Source: an uncultured virus (IMG/VR IMGVR_UViG_3300036761_000818) | Lineage: Duplodnaviria > Heunggongvirae > Uroviricota > Caudoviricetes | DNA: 64,000 nt | IMG/VR virus record: IMGVR_UViG_3300036761_000818 | Reading direction: 5' to 3' (one strand) | Part shown: one piece after another, positions 47,359 to 56,501 of the stretch | Layout: every line of letters begins with the position of its first letter | Numbering within the stretch: position 1 is the first letter of the stretch | Translations under genes and position numbers: made by a program | The notes under the pieces: model-generated | The model's input: only the letters and a program-made list of their open reading frames with translations | Told to the model about the DNA's origin: nothing | The model's database searches: none

Positions 47359-47769
47359 CTACTGCTCGGAGAGCGCGTGCGTGCGCCAGAACACGAAGCT
47401 CGCCGCCGCATCTTCTGCGGTGCGGATGTCCGCGTCGCCCGGCTCGCGCGGAGCGAGCGGCCCGCCGTACGCGGTGTAGAGCACGCACGGCTCGTCGCCG
47501 CTCGGACCAGCGATGACCGTGACGATGCTGCTCTTGCGCGGCGGGAGCGCGCACAGGCGCGTCCAGGTCTTGCGACCGGCGCGCTGCCGGTAGAAGACCA
47601 AGTGCTCCGGCACGGAGTCGAGGAGCGCGCAGGACACGGGGGGCTCGTCCTCCGGGATGTTGAACGAGTCGATGAAGAACGCCTTCCGGTCGGCGTACTT
47701 CTCGGCGATGAGCGCCACGAGCCGAGCCGAGAGCCCGTGATCGAGGTGCGACTTGTCGGTGATCTTCAT
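47359..47769 (-). CDS. Phage hypothetical protein, 136 aa
   Basis: MKITDKSHLDHG...LYTAYGGPLAPREPGD...FWRTHAL. Confidence 0.7.
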   Translation of the reverse strand: MKITDKSHLDHGLSARLVALIAEKYADRKAFFIDSFNIPEDEPPVSCALLDSVPEHLVFYRQRAGRKTWTRLCALPPRKSSIVTVIAGPSGDEPCVLYTAYGGPLAPREPGDADIRTAEDAAASFVFWRTHALSEQ

Positions 47770-47791
47770 GGTTCTGACCCTCCTGCTCAGA

Positions 47792-47819
47792 TGACGCGAC
47801 GGACCGTCCGTGTTTGACA
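47792..47819. promoter_or_regulatory. 28-bp intergenic motif, copy 1
   Basis: TGACGCGAC-N4-CGTC-N-G-N-GTTTGACA, 22/28 identical to copy 2. Confidence 0.55.
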
Positions 47820-47987
47820 GAGAAAGAAGGTGCGGCATCAAGCCCGCTGCCGCTGCGTTCCGGTCGCTCCTCAGAGCCGTGTCGCCGCCGGATCGCGCCG
47901 CGCTGTCAAGCCGCGCAGCCTCGCCGCTCGCCCTGGCGGGCAAGCATCCCACTTCAACCCCGGGCGTCGTTCGCTCTACGAACGAAC

Positions 47988-48194
47988 TCATCGATGCGCC
48001 CGCACGCGCCGCTTGGCGGTCGTTTCTCGACCCGCGTCACGCGCGCCTCTACAGGTTTCATTGACAAACGCGAGCCCTTCCTGATATGTCTTGCAGTCGC
48101 AGAGAAGGTATGCCTGTCGTACGATCTCTTGCTCGGTCTTCCCTGCGAGCGCTCTACCGAGACGATCGGCGAGCGCGAAGAAGTCGCCGCTCAC
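47988..48194 (-). CDS. Small hypothetical protein, 68 aa
   Basis: GTGA overlap. Confidence 0.45.
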   Translation of the reverse strand: MSGDFFALADRLGRALAGKTEQEIVRQAYLLCDCKTYQEGLAFVNETCRGARDAGRETTAKRRVRAHR

Positions 48195-48460
48195 GGCGTA
48201 CCCCGCTGCTCGCCGCGCTCGCGCTTCACGGCGCACCCCTCGTGGACGATGCCGGGCAACCCGAGCGCGAGGATGCCGATGTCGCCCGGCCCGACCTTTT
48301 TGCCGCAGAGCGGGCACGACGGGAGCCGCCGCTCGCAGAACTTGCAGAAACCGGACGGGTAGATGCCGAGCGAGCCGCATCCGTCGCACACGTCGGCGGC
48401 GTCCTCGTTCGCTTCGTTGAGGAGCCGATGCGAGCCGTAATCGTAGTCGCTGATGGGCAT
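48191..48460 (-). CDS. Zn-finger hypothetical protein, 89 aa
   Basis: Three CxxC plus HxxC; AAGGAG RBS. Confidence 0.6.
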   Translation of the reverse strand: MPISDYDYGSHRLLNEANEDAADVCDGCGSLGIYPSGFCKFCERRLPSCPLCGKKVGPGDIGILALGLPGIVHEGCAVKRERGEQRGTP

Positions 48461-48538
48461 GGTCTGCTCCTTCCTCTTCCAGAATGGGGCGGGCGTAGCT
48501 CGCTGGCCACGCCCACCCTGCCCGCTCACGACTGCCGC

Positions 48539-49747
48539 TCAGTTCAGCGCGAGGTCGCGGACGTAGACGTACTGCATCGCCGCCTGTTCGACCGCCTGGG
48601 ACTGCCACGGCGACGCCCACGGCGACTCGTGCGCTGCTCGCGTCAGCGCGTTCACGAGGCTCGTCCTCGTGTAGCCCGGCTCCTTTTGCCACGCGCTGTA
48701 GACGCGGTTGAAGACCGACTGCTTGTCAACGCCCGCGATCTTCAGGTGCCCGCGGTCCACGAACCGCTGGAGCTTCACGCGCGCGTCTTCGTCGCCGTCG
48801 AAAATCTTGTCCTTCGCGGCCTCGATCCACGCATCCACGAACGGCGCGATCTTGGCGTGCGCCTCCTGGATGAGCGTCTCGATGCTCTCCTTGTTGAACT
48901 GGTTGCCGCGGTGGATGCGCGAGCCCACGTCCTGCTCGCTCTTGTCGATGATTCCGAAGTTGCGGCAGAGCCCGCGCTCGATGAGCGCCCACACGCGGAG
49001 CCGCTCGCTCGCGTCGTCGGCGGTGCTGATCCGCACCCCGGCGTGGAACAACTCGCCAGTCCCGACGAGCCGCGGGTCTTCGATCGGCGTGACCCACGAG
49101 AGGTCGAAGACGGCGCGGTAGCCGTCGTACGTGACCTCGGCCTTCGCCTCGGCCTTGAGCGACTCCGCGAGGAGAGCGGCGACCTGATCCACGTCGAACC
49201 GGCCGTAGGTCGGGCTCGTGACGGCCCACAGCTTGCGGTCGGCGCCGCCGTTCCTGACGCGGAGCTTGACGCGCGCCTCCTTGTCGATCATCGCCGCGCC
49301 GAGCGTATTGTCGTACCCTCCCTCCTGCCAGAAGGCGTTGGCGTTCGTCGCGCGGAGCGCGGGCTCGCACGCGGGCAGGAAGCTCGACGCTCCGGGCGGG
49401 AGCGTGAAGGTAGCGAGCCGCTTGAAGGCGTCCGACTCGGGGAGGATGAGCCCGGCGTCCGTCGAGATGTAGCCCGTCGGGAGCATCCGCAAGCTCTTCA
49501 CCGTGACATCGTGATCCTCGCGGTGCTCCTTCCTGATGCGCTCGCGGAAGTTCTCCAGCGCGAGCGGAGCGTCCGTCCGCTTCGCGATCTCCTCACGCTT
49601 GCGGGAGAACTGGTTGGACTCGTAGAGCGCCGTTCCCGACGCGAAGATGTCTGGCGCGAGCGCGAAGCCCTGCTCGCGGGCGACCACCTTGACGCGCTCG
49701 TTGCGCGTCGCGGCCTCCGGGATGATCGGGTTTGCGGTTGCGGTCAT
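48539..49747 (-). CDS. DUF932-like protein, 402 aa
   Basis: WAVTSPTYGRFD...GVRIST...RGLCRN...H...LVNALTRAAH. Confidence 0.65.
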   Translation of the reverse strand: MTATANPIIPEAATRNERVKVVAREQGFALAPDIFASGTALYESNQFSRKREEIAKRTDAPLALENFRERIRKEHREDHDVTVKSLRMLPTGYISTDAGLILPESDAFKRLATFTLPPGASSFLPACEPALRATNANAFWQEGGYDNTLGAAMIDKEARVKLRVRNGGADRKLWAVTSPTYGRFDVDQVAALLAESLKAEAKAEVTYDGYRAVFDLSWVTPIEDPRLVGTGELFHAGVRISTADDASERLRVWALIERGLCRNFGIIDKSEQDVGSRIHRGNQFNKESIETLIQEAHAKIAPFVDAWIEAAKDKIFDGDEDARVKLQRFVDRGHLKIAGVDKQSVFNRVYSAWQKEPGYTRTSLVNALTRAAHESPWASPWQSQAVEQAAMQYVYVRDLALN

Positions 49748-49790
49748 GGCAGTTTTCTCCTTGGTTGATTCCGTTGGTTGACTTTCATCT

Positions 49791-49818
49791 TGACGCGACT
49801 TGTCGTCAGCGTTTGACA
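49791..49818. promoter_or_regulatory. 28-bp intergenic motif, copy 2
   Basis: See copy 1; TTGGTTGA direct repeat at 49761 and 49774 nearby. Confidence 0.55.
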
Positions 49819-49827
49819 AGAATCTTC

Positions 49828-50058
49828 TCAGTCGTCGTATATCGGAAGCTCGGCCTCGTCGCACGCTTCGTACGCATCCGGCCTGATCGGGAGCGGCGCG
49901 AGCCCCGCCGCTACGCGCTGCACGTTCGCGGTCGTCATGCAGTCCTCGCATATGGGCTGCTTGACGCCGCGGACGCGGATCGACGGGACGGCGATCGGGT
50001 TGTACGAGAACGCCCTGCCGCAACAGGCGCAGGGCGAGATGCAGGTCGCGTATCCCAT
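49828..50058 (-). CDS. Small Zn-binding phage protein, 76 aa
   Basis: CACCGRAFSYNP...PICEDC; GAGGAGG RBS. Confidence 0.7.
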   Translation of the reverse strand: MGYATCISPCACCGRAFSYNPIAVPSIRVRGVKQPICEDCMTTANVQRVAAGLAPLPIRPDAYEACDEAELPIYDD

Positions 50059-50068
50059 GTGGCCTCCT

Positions 50069-50419
50069 CTATCTATCCAGCCCCTTCTCCAGCCCCTTGC
50101 CGAAGAGCGGATCGCGGAGCTTCTCCAAGATGCCGGGCGTCGCGTAGATGAAGACCGGCGTCACGAGGAACTTGTTGCTGTCGCTCCCGAGCTTCGGCGG
50201 ATCGATGTAGACGATGGCGGCGGTCGGGTCGCCGTCGTGCAGCACCGCCATGAGCGCGAACCCCTTGTAGCGGTTCTCGCCGGGCGACTCGAAGCGGGTG
50301 TCGCCGCTCGTGAGCGCGTCGAACGCTTTCCGAGCCTCGTCGGACACTGGAGGGGCCTTGAACGCGCCCCCGTCGGGCACTATAAGCTCGCGCGTGAACT
50401 TCGTGCTACGCTTCGCCAT
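50069..50419 (-). CDS. Hypothetical protein, 116 aa
   Basis: GAGGAG RBS. Confidence 0.6.
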   Translation of the reverse strand: MAKRSTKFTRELIVPDGGAFKAPPVSDEARKAFDALTSGDTRFESPGENRYKGFALMAVLHDGDPTAAIVYIDPPKLGSDSNKFLVTPVFIYATPGILEKLRDPLFGKGLEKGLDR

Positions 50420-50777
50420 CGTCGTTCTCCTCGTGCTTCGCCTTGATCTCGTAGAACTGCCGCCACTCGGCGATGATCGCGCTGTTCCCCTTGAGTCCCA
50501 AGCGGTCAGCGTCGTGCGCCTCTACGGCTTCCTGCACGTACGCCAGCCCTTCGCTCGTGAGCGCGTTCTCCAGGAAGACGCCGCAGTCGCCGCAGTGCTG
50601 CGGGCTGTCGGCCTCCCCTCCACCATCGGGGAACGGACCCTTCGGGTAGTCGTCGCTGTCGTACGTGTCCTCGTTCGACGGATCGGCGGGCGCTTCGCCG
50701 TTGTCGGTCATCTCCTCCTGCGTCTTCGCGCCGCACTCCTCGCAGAACAGATCGCCGCCGAAAATGAACACGTCCAT
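50406..50777 (-). CDS. Acidic Zn-binding phage protein, 123 aa
   Basis: CEECG...YPKGP...PQHCGDCGVFLENALT. Confidence 0.7.
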   Translation of the reverse strand: MDVFIFGGDLFCEECGAKTQEEMTDNGEAPADPSNEDTYDSDDYPKGPFPDGGGEADSPQHCGDCGVFLENALTSEGLAYVQEAVEAHDADRLGLKGNSAIIAEWRQFYEIKAKHEENDDGEA

Positions 50778-50780
50778 GGG

Positions 50781-51212
50781 CTACCCCTCCTCGTCAAACC
50801 CCTGCGCTGCCGCCTCGCTCTCCTTCCACGCGATGGCGACGCCGTGCTCTTCGAGCGCGCTCCAGATGCGCTCTGAGAGGAACCGCTGCACGACCTCCGC
50901 GGCCGTGTTGTTCTCGCCGTTGACCCGGGCGACCTCCCTCACGTCGCAGTCGGGCGGCTCGTCGCGGTTGAACGAGTAGACCGTCTCGGCGACGGAGATG
51001 ACGTACGCCCGCTGCCGAGGGTCCGTCCAGCCCTGTTCGGTGGCCGTGTCGTCGTCCCATACCTCGAAGGCGTCGAAGAGGACGGCCCCGCTCTCCTTGT
51101 CGATCTTCGCACGCTCGGTGAGCCCCATGGCCTTCGCCGCCACGTCGATAAGCTCGACGAGGATCGCGCGCTGCTTCGGTCCGATCGAAGCCTTCCCGTC
51201 CTTGTCAGGCAT
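50781..51212 (-). CDS. Hypothetical protein, 143 aa
   Basis: Start MPDKDG after GGAGGAG. Confidence 0.6.
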   Translation of the reverse strand: MPDKDGKASIGPKQRAILVELIDVAAKAMGLTERAKIDKESGAVLFDAFEVWDDDTATEQGWTDPRQRAYVISVAETVYSFNRDEPPDCDVREVARVNGENNTAAEVVQRFLSERIWSALEEHGVAIAWKESEAAAQGFDEEG

Positions 51213-51678
51213 CTTTCTCCTCCCATACCGGAACTTCGATGACCGCCTCTTGCGAAGCGTAGTCGAAGTGGTAGCGGGCATCCTTGCCCGCCTTGTCGAG
51301 CCGCTTGTTCAGTCGGCGCGTCGCTCCATCGGTGAGCTTGAGGCTCATGCCCTGCCCGCCCATGCGCAGCGCGACCCGGAATCTGGCGACCTCCTTCATG
51401 CCGATCGCGAACTTGAAGCGAGCGATGTCGGTGATGACCTCGCTGCGCTCTCCGTACTGCCAGCCGGGCTTCTGCGTCGGGAAGCGGATGTGTGCGATCT
51501 CGGGGCACTCCGCGGTGAGCGGCTTGTCCTCCTCGCGCAGCGCGGGCGTGAAGCACGGCCCGGTTAGGTTTGAGAGGTTGATGCACGGCCAGACGGCCAC
51601 GCCGCCGCGCTGCGCGATCCAGCCCGCGAACTTCTCTCGGGCGCCCTCGACCGTCATCTCGTAGATCGTCGGGCTCAT
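51205..51678 (-). CDS. Phage hypothetical protein, 157 aa
   Basis: WIAQRGGVAVW...INLS...KLTDGA. Confidence 0.65.
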   Translation of the reverse strand: MSPTIYEMTVEGAREKFAGWIAQRGGVAVWPCINLSNLTGPCFTPALREEDKPLTAECPEIAHIRFPTQKPGWQYGERSEVITDIARFKFAIGMKEVARFRVALRMGGQGMSLKLTDGATRRLNKRLDKAGKDARYHFDYASQEAVIEVPVWEEKDA

Positions 51679-51679
51679 C

Positions 51680-51967
51680 TTACGCACCGCCCTTCTTGGT
51701 CAACGCCGCGTCGTGGAGCACCGCGACGATGAAGCCGTGGCACTCGTCATCAGCGCCCCCCACGTCGAGGAGCGCGTCATCGAGCTTCAAGACGATCGCC
51801 TGGAGCGCCGGGATGCCGAAGTCTTCGGGCGTGAAGGGCCGAGCCTTGCCCGCCATGTGCGCGGCCTCGCTGCTGATCGCGGCCAGCGCTTCGGTCTTCA
51901 CGCGCAGCATCTCGTGGAGCGCTTCGAGTATCTGGTCCGCTTCCGCTTCGCCGATTTCGATCTTCAC
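51680..51967 (-). CDS. Hypothetical protein, 95 aa
   Basis: GTGA overlap. Confidence 0.55.
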   Translation of the reverse strand: MKIEIGEAEADQILEALHEMLRVKTEALAAISSEAAHMAGKARPFTPEDFGIPALQAIVLKLDDALLDVGGADDECHGFIVAVLHDAALTKKGGA

Positions 51968-52167
51968 GTCTTCGCCCTCGCCTTCTTGTTGAGAAGCTCC
52001 CCCTTGGCCTCTGCTTCGGCACGGCAGTACCCGGCGTAGAAGTCGCCGTGCTGCTTCTCTTCTTCATTCGCGTCGCGGAGCGTCATCGGCGGCTCCGTCG
52101 TTCCGTCCCAATCGGAATCGACCCACGCCTTCTTCGACGGGCTCCATACCACCCAACGATGCTTCAT
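51964..52167 (-). CDS. Hypothetical protein, 67 aa
   Basis: Start MKHRWV after GGAGG. Confidence 0.55.
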   Translation of the reverse strand: MKHRWVVWSPSKKAWVDSDWDGTTEPPMTLRDANEEEKQHGDFYAGYCRAEAEAKGELLNKKARAKT

Positions 52168-52169
52168 GC

Positions 52170-52559
52170 TTAGTCCTCCCCAAAGCGGACCGCGACCTCG
52201 CACGAGAGCGCTTCGGCGTGCTCGCGCGTGAACTGAAGCTGTCGTTCGGTGTACTTCTCGAAGTAATCGGCATCCGTGTCGCCCTTCTTGAGCGTCAAAA
52301 AGCCCATGAGCGCACGGATGCAGCCGTCGCCATCGATAGAGTCGAGCGGCGAGCATCCGAAGTCGGCGCCCTCGAAGAGCACGGCGGGCTTCGCGCCCGG
52401 CGTCCGCTCGGTGAGGGCGTAGCGGATGCGGTGCTGCGGCCCGCCGCGGTAGTAGCCGCCGCCGTCCCATGTGTCGAGAACGAACCGCGGCCCCTTGCCC
52501 CGCAGGTACGGCGTGAAGATGACGCGCCGCAGGAAGTTGGGGTCGCTGTGCGCTCTCAT
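52170..52559 (-). CDS. Phage hypothetical protein, 129 aa
   Basis: LFEGADFGCSP...FLTLKKGDTDADYF. Confidence 0.7.
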   Translation of the reverse strand: MRAHSDPNFLRRVIFTPYLRGKGPRFVLDTWDGGGYYRGGPQHRIRYALTERTPGAKPAVLFEGADFGCSPLDSIDGDGCIRALMGFLTLKKGDTDADYFEKYTERQLQFTREHAEALSCEVAVRFGED

Positions 52560-52825
52560 GTGGCTCCCTCCGTGACAAGTTGCCGAATCCGATCTTCTGC
52601 TCTCGAAACGACGAGGAACTTGCAGCCCTTCGTCTCGATGTACGCCGTGCCGCTGTTTGAGTAGCAGCAAACGTAGACGCGGCGCCATCGGCTGTCCTGA
52701 CGAGTCCGCACCAAGTATTCCGTCGGAATCTTGCGCCCGTATCCGTCCGCGCTCCGACCGTATGCGGGCGTCTTCGTGACGCGCGCGGCGGTCACGTCTT
52801 CAGGGGCGAGATAGGTCACGCTCAT
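52556..52825 (-). CDS. Phage hypothetical protein, 89 aa
   Basis: GYGRKIPT...RWRRVYVCCYSNSGTAYI. Confidence 0.7.
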   Translation of the reverse strand: MSVTYLAPEDVTAARVTKTPAYGRSADGYGRKIPTEYLVRTRQDSRWRRVYVCCYSNSGTAYIETKGCKFLVVSRAEDRIRQLVTEGAT

Positions 52826-53142
52826 GCGAGCCCCCATAGGCTGCGGTACGTCCGTAGAGCCGCCTCGCGGCAGTCGGCCGGGAGGTTGCAGAACTCCACC
52901 TTGCTACCGATGTGCGCGTGCCGCGGCCGGTCGATCGGGTGCGGATGCTCGAAGCTCATGCAGACCCCTTGCGGGTGGGACGGAGAAGGCACGCCGCTCA
53001 TGCCGAGCCCGCGCGTCCAGCCGTCCTTCTGCTGCGTGAAGATGACCGTGTAGCGGTCGGCCGTGCTGCCGCCGTTGTCGTAGCACCGGACGTACCTCGG
53101 GACGCCGCCCGGCAGGAGCCGGGCGGCACGATCGGCCCTCAC
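52822..53142 (-). CDS. Phage hypothetical protein, 106 aa
   Basis: CYDNGGSTADRYTV...HPQG; GTGA overlap. Confidence 0.65.
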   Translation of the reverse strand: MRADRAARLLPGGVPRYVRCYDNGGSTADRYTVIFTQQKDGWTRGLGMSGVPSPSHPQGVCMSFEHPHPIDRPRHAHIGSKVEFCNLPADCREAALRTYRSLWGLA

Positions 53143-53735
53143 GACTTCACCGCCTTCTTCGCGGGGAAGTTGCTCCGCAGGTTCGCGAGAGTCCACCCCG
53201 CGCGCTTGATCGAGACGCGCGCGGCGCACTTCGCGCCAGCCAGAATCCAGCGGTCGCGGGGCGAGTCGCCCCGCCCCGCCATGCGCGGGAGCCCCGCGAA
53301 GTGGAGCGGCGGAACGTAGCCCAGGAGCATGAACGCTTCGCAAATCTCCCACGAGAGGTCCATGCCGCCGCCGGTGAGCGCGAGCCCCCACTTCCCGGAG
53401 AGCGGGCCGTTGTCGCCGCCAGTCATCTCGATGAGCGCGAGCGGGAGGTTGACGAGCGCCTCCGCGGCATCCTGCACGCTCCGCGGCTCCGCGGGGAGCG
53501 GGTAGAAGTAGTTCATCATCGGGCCGCTCGCCTCCCCGACGTAGCCGTCGCAAGCGCTCTCGGTGTCGAGCGCGCTGTGCGTCTCGCCGCCGAGCCCGGC
53601 AACGGCCTTCCCGCACTTCTGGCACGCCGTAGCCTCGTGCGACTCCCACGTCTCGCCGTAGCCCGTGCGCCAGTCGTAGTTGATCGGCTCCGCGTCGATC
53701 GCGTCGCCCGAGAGGTTCTTGATCGCCGTGCGCAT
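53139..53735 (-). CDS. Phage hypothetical protein, 198 aa
   Basis: PMMNYFYPL...LALTGGGMDLSWEI. Confidence 0.7.
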   Translation of the reverse strand: MRTAIKNLSGDAIDAEPINYDWRTGYGETWESHEATACQKCGKAVAGLGGETHSALDTESACDGYVGEASGPMMNYFYPLPAEPRSVQDAAEALVNLPLALIEMTGGDNGPLSGKWGLALTGGGMDLSWEICEAFMLLGYVPPLHFAGLPRMAGRGDSPRDRWILAGAKCAARVSIKRAGWTLANLRSNFPAKKAVKS

Positions 53736-53738
53736 GAT

Positions 53739-53945
53739 CTACCTCGCCTTCTTGCTGTTGAGCTTGACGTGCCCGGACTGGATGAGCCGCTGCGCCGTCC
53801 GTCCGTAGTGCCCCTGGAGTATCCAGGCATGGCCGTTGTCAACAAGTAGCTGGAAGAGCACCACAACGTCATCCTCGTCAAGCTCTCCGTTCTCGTACGC
53901 GAGGATCAGCCCGAACTCGTCGGGCGCTTCCGTCTGTCCGCTCAT
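53739..53945 (-). CDS. Phage small hypothetical protein, 68 aa
   Basis: AYENGEL...LFQLLVDNGHAWILQGHYGR. Confidence 0.7.
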   Translation of the reverse strand: MSGQTEAPDEFGLILAYENGELDEDDVVVLFQLLVDNGHAWILQGHYGRTAQRLIQSGHVKLNSKKAR

Positions 53946-54676
53946 CGAACGTCCTCCTCTGTGATTGCGTTCTCGCTGCGAGCCGAGAGGAACGACGGGA
54001 ACGGCTCCGGGAGGTACTTCTCGACGTTCCCGAGCGCCGCGGCGAGAACGCGCGGGTCGATCGCTCGCACGTTTCCGCTTTCGTCCACGATCGTCGGATC
54101 GCCCTTCGTCTCTTCCACGAGCCCCGCGAGGAGGCGCTTCCGCTCGGTCGTGAACCGAGCGAGGATCGCCTTCAGCGCGTCGTCGAGCACGAGCACGCGA
54201 GCGGCCTTGTCCGCTCGCTCTGCGAGCACGCGAGCGATGTGCCGTGCCTCGCGCAGCCGATCGTCGGCTGCGTTTTCGTTGGCCTGACGCTGCTCGCTGG
54301 CGTCGATCGCCGCGTCGATCTTGGCGACGATCACATCCGCGCCGCCGAAGAGCGACAACGCATCGTCCTCGCTCACGGTGTTGCTCGGCCGCAACGAGAA
54401 GACGCGCAGCCCGATGTTCACGTTCCCGGCGTACTGCGCGCTGACGACCTCGATGAAGCCGCCGCCCTGGAGGAAGTTCGACGCGGCGATGGTGGAGGGG
54501 AGCGGGACGAGCATCATGCGCAGCGCCTTCTCGGAGTCGTAGCGGAAGAACGCGATCGGCTTCCGCGCGTCCATGAGCGAAACCGTGAAGCGCAGGACGC
54601 GCGCGTAGCGCCGCTTCTTCCTGTCGTCCATCACGTCAGAGCGGATGAACTTGGTGGTATGGGTGGTCGCGGTCAT
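53942..54676 (-). CDS. Hypothetical protein, 244 aa
   Basis: Preceded by the recurrent hairpin and a purine-rich RBS. Confidence 0.65.
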   Translation of the reverse strand: MTATTHTTKFIRSDVMDDRKKRRYARVLRFTVSLMDARKPIAFFRYDSEKALRMMLVPLPSTIAASNFLQGGGFIEVVSAQYAGNVNIGLRVFSLRPSNTVSEDDALSLFGGADVIVAKIDAAIDASEQRQANENAADDRLREARHIARVLAERADKAARVLVLDDALKAILARFTTERKRLLAGLVEETKGDPTIVDESGNVRAIDPRVLAAALGNVEKYLPEPFPSFLSARSENAITEEDVR

Positions 54677-54726
54677 GGTCGTCTCTTCCCGGCCTTCAGG
54701 CCGATCGGCGGTTGGCGTTGGTTGCC

Positions 54727-55332
54727 CTACTCCGCGAGGATAGCGATGGCGGCGTTCATCCTGTCGAGGACGGCTTGCGCGGCGGTCAGGTGCGGCGTCT
54801 CGTAGTCCTCCATGTCGAGGGCGTTCTCCACGAAGCTGTCGAGCGCCTGTCGAACCGCCTCGAACTCCTTCACGTCAAGGAGCGCGAAGGTGAGGATGGC
54901 GCGCTTGGCCCGCGCCATGGCGAGGAGTGCTTCGTTGCCACGCGGGGCGAACTGGTAGGTAGCGCCGGTCGTGGCCGCGTCGATCGCCCGCCCGCGCGCA
55001 TCCGCCTCGCTCGCCGCCTTGGCCTTCGCATCCAATGCGGCGAAGGCGTCTCCGAAGATCGCCCTCTCTGCCTCGCTCGCCGCCACGCTCACGCCGAGCG
55101 TGCGCGCTCGCGCCTCGCTCGCCGCCTTGGCCTTCGCCGCGGTCGCCGCGTCGATCGCCCGCCCGCGCGCGGCATCCGCCTCGCCCGCCTCGACTTGACG
55201 GGCGAGCGTAGCGTCGTCCTTCGGGAAGCGAGCGCCAACACCGCCCCACACCGTCACGCTCACGCCAAGCGTGCGCGCTCGCGCTTCGAGCGCCCTTCGC
55301 TCCGCGGCCTGTGCTGCCGTTCGCCTCGCCAT
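54727..55332 (-). CDS. Ala-rich protein with internal duplications, 201 aa
   Basis: EARARTLGVSV, RGRAIDAAT and AKAKAASEA each occur twice. Confidence 0.65.
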   Translation of the reverse strand: MARRTAAQAAERRALEARARTLGVSVTVWGGVGARFPKDDATLARQVEAGEADAARGRAIDAATAAKAKAASEARARTLGVSVAASEAERAIFGDAFAALDAKAKAASEADARGRAIDAATTGATYQFAPRGNEALLAMARAKRAILTFALLDVKEFEAVRQALDSFVENALDMEDYETPHLTAAQAVLDRMNAAIAILAE

Positions 55333-55366
55333 CTTCAGCCCCTTCCGGCCTTCCGGCCTTTCTGCC

Positions 55367-55606
55367 TCACTGTCCGATGAACGGCCCGCCGTCGTCCATC
55401 TTGACGAGCTTCGCTTCTTTTTCCGCGTCGGCCTTGAGGGCGTAGACATCCGCTCCCATCGGCCACGAGAACGTACCGTCGGAGAGCTTCGCGTGCGCGA
55501 CGAAGCCCGCGCCGTGGAGGTCGCCGTCTACCGGCTCCACGTAGAGGACCACGGTCCCGACCATCTTGAGCGGCCCGATGAACCTTGTTCGCTGCTTCCG
55601 TCTCAT
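55367..55606 (-). CDS. Hypothetical protein, 79 aa
   Basis: GAGGAGG RBS. Confidence 0.55.
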   Translation of the reverse strand: MRRKQRTRFIGPLKMVGTVVLYVEPVDGDLHGAGFVAHAKLSDGTFSWPMGADVYALKADAEKEAKLVKMDDGGPFIGQ

Positions 55607-55620
55607 GGCGTCGCCCCTCC

Positions 55621-55917
55621 TCACTCCGTCATCCCGTCGCGAGCGATGTCCGAGTAGGACGCGCGCTCGCTGCTCCGGTCCTCTTCGACCTCGACCACGT
55701 AGAACGCTCCGCAGCCCCCGGACAACTCGCTGCACTCGACGCCCGCGCCGTTCTCGTCGCGCGGGTCGCCGTACAGGTCGCCCGTCTCGGTGATGCTCTC
55801 GCCGCAGTCTTCGCACTGCTCGTCAAGCGTGTCGGGCTCCCGGTGGAAGTTGCCCTCGTTCGCGGCCTCCACGTCGAGGTTGAAGCGCGCTCCGTTGACC
55901 CTGATGAAGTAGCGCAT
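55621..55917 (-). CDS. Acidic Zn-ribbon protein, 98 aa
   Basis: CEDCG...C..GGCG; GGAGG RBS. Confidence 0.6.
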   Translation of the reverse strand: MRYFIRVNGARFNLDVEAANEGNFHREPDTLDEQCEDCGESITETGDLYGDPRDENGAGVECSELSGGCGAFYVVEVEEDRSSERASYSDIARDGMTE

Positions 55918-55971
55918 CCGTCTACCCTCCCCCTTGCTCCTTCGCCCGCTCTCTCGCGATGAGAGCGCGGA

Positions 55972-56490
55972 TCATCGGAAGCCGTGCTTCCGGTCGAACT
56001 CGCGCGACGCGACCTCATCGAGCGCCGAGACGTAGCCGTGCGCGAGCTTCACGTCGGCCTTGGTCAGCTTCCCGCTGTCGATGAACGCGGCGAGGATGGC
56101 CGGGAGGACATACCCGCTGATTCCCTCGAAGTGCAGGAACTCGCCCACTGTCGGCTCGATCTTCACGAGCTTCGGGAGGATCGCCGCGAGCACCTTGTCG
56201 TACGACCCGTCGATCGCGCCCTCGTGCGGGAAGTAGAGGCCATCGCTGTCGTAGGAGCGCTCTCCTACGGCGTGCAGGACGTTGCGCCTGACCTCCGGGC
56301 GCCCGTCCTCGCCGCCCCTGACGACCTTGCTGTGGACGGAGAAGCGGACGCCCTTCGGCCACTTCCCGAAGTGGCTCCAGCCGTGGCGGCGGCTGTTCGG
56401 ATGCGGGTTCTCGACCTCTTCGGTTAGCTCGTAGTAGCCTTGCGTGAGGGCGAGATGTTCCGGGGCGATACGCTTGACGAGCTTCGTCAT
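55972..56490 (-). CDS. Hypothetical protein, 172 aa
   Basis: Start MTKLVK after GGGAGA. Confidence 0.6.
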   Translation of the reverse strand: MTKLVKRIAPEHLALTQGYYELTEEVENPHPNSRRHGWSHFGKWPKGVRFSVHSKVVRGGEDGRPEVRRNVLHAVGERSYDSDGLYFPHEGAIDGSYDKVLAAILPKLVKIEPTVGEFLHFEGISGYVLPAILAAFIDSGKLTKADVKLAHGYVSALDEVASREFDRKHGFR

Positions 56491-56501
56491 GGCGGCTCTC
56501 C

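Noticed and set aside
47820..47990. Small structured RNA
   Set aside because: Two hairpins and a pyrimidine tail are visible, but too weak at this GC content to call
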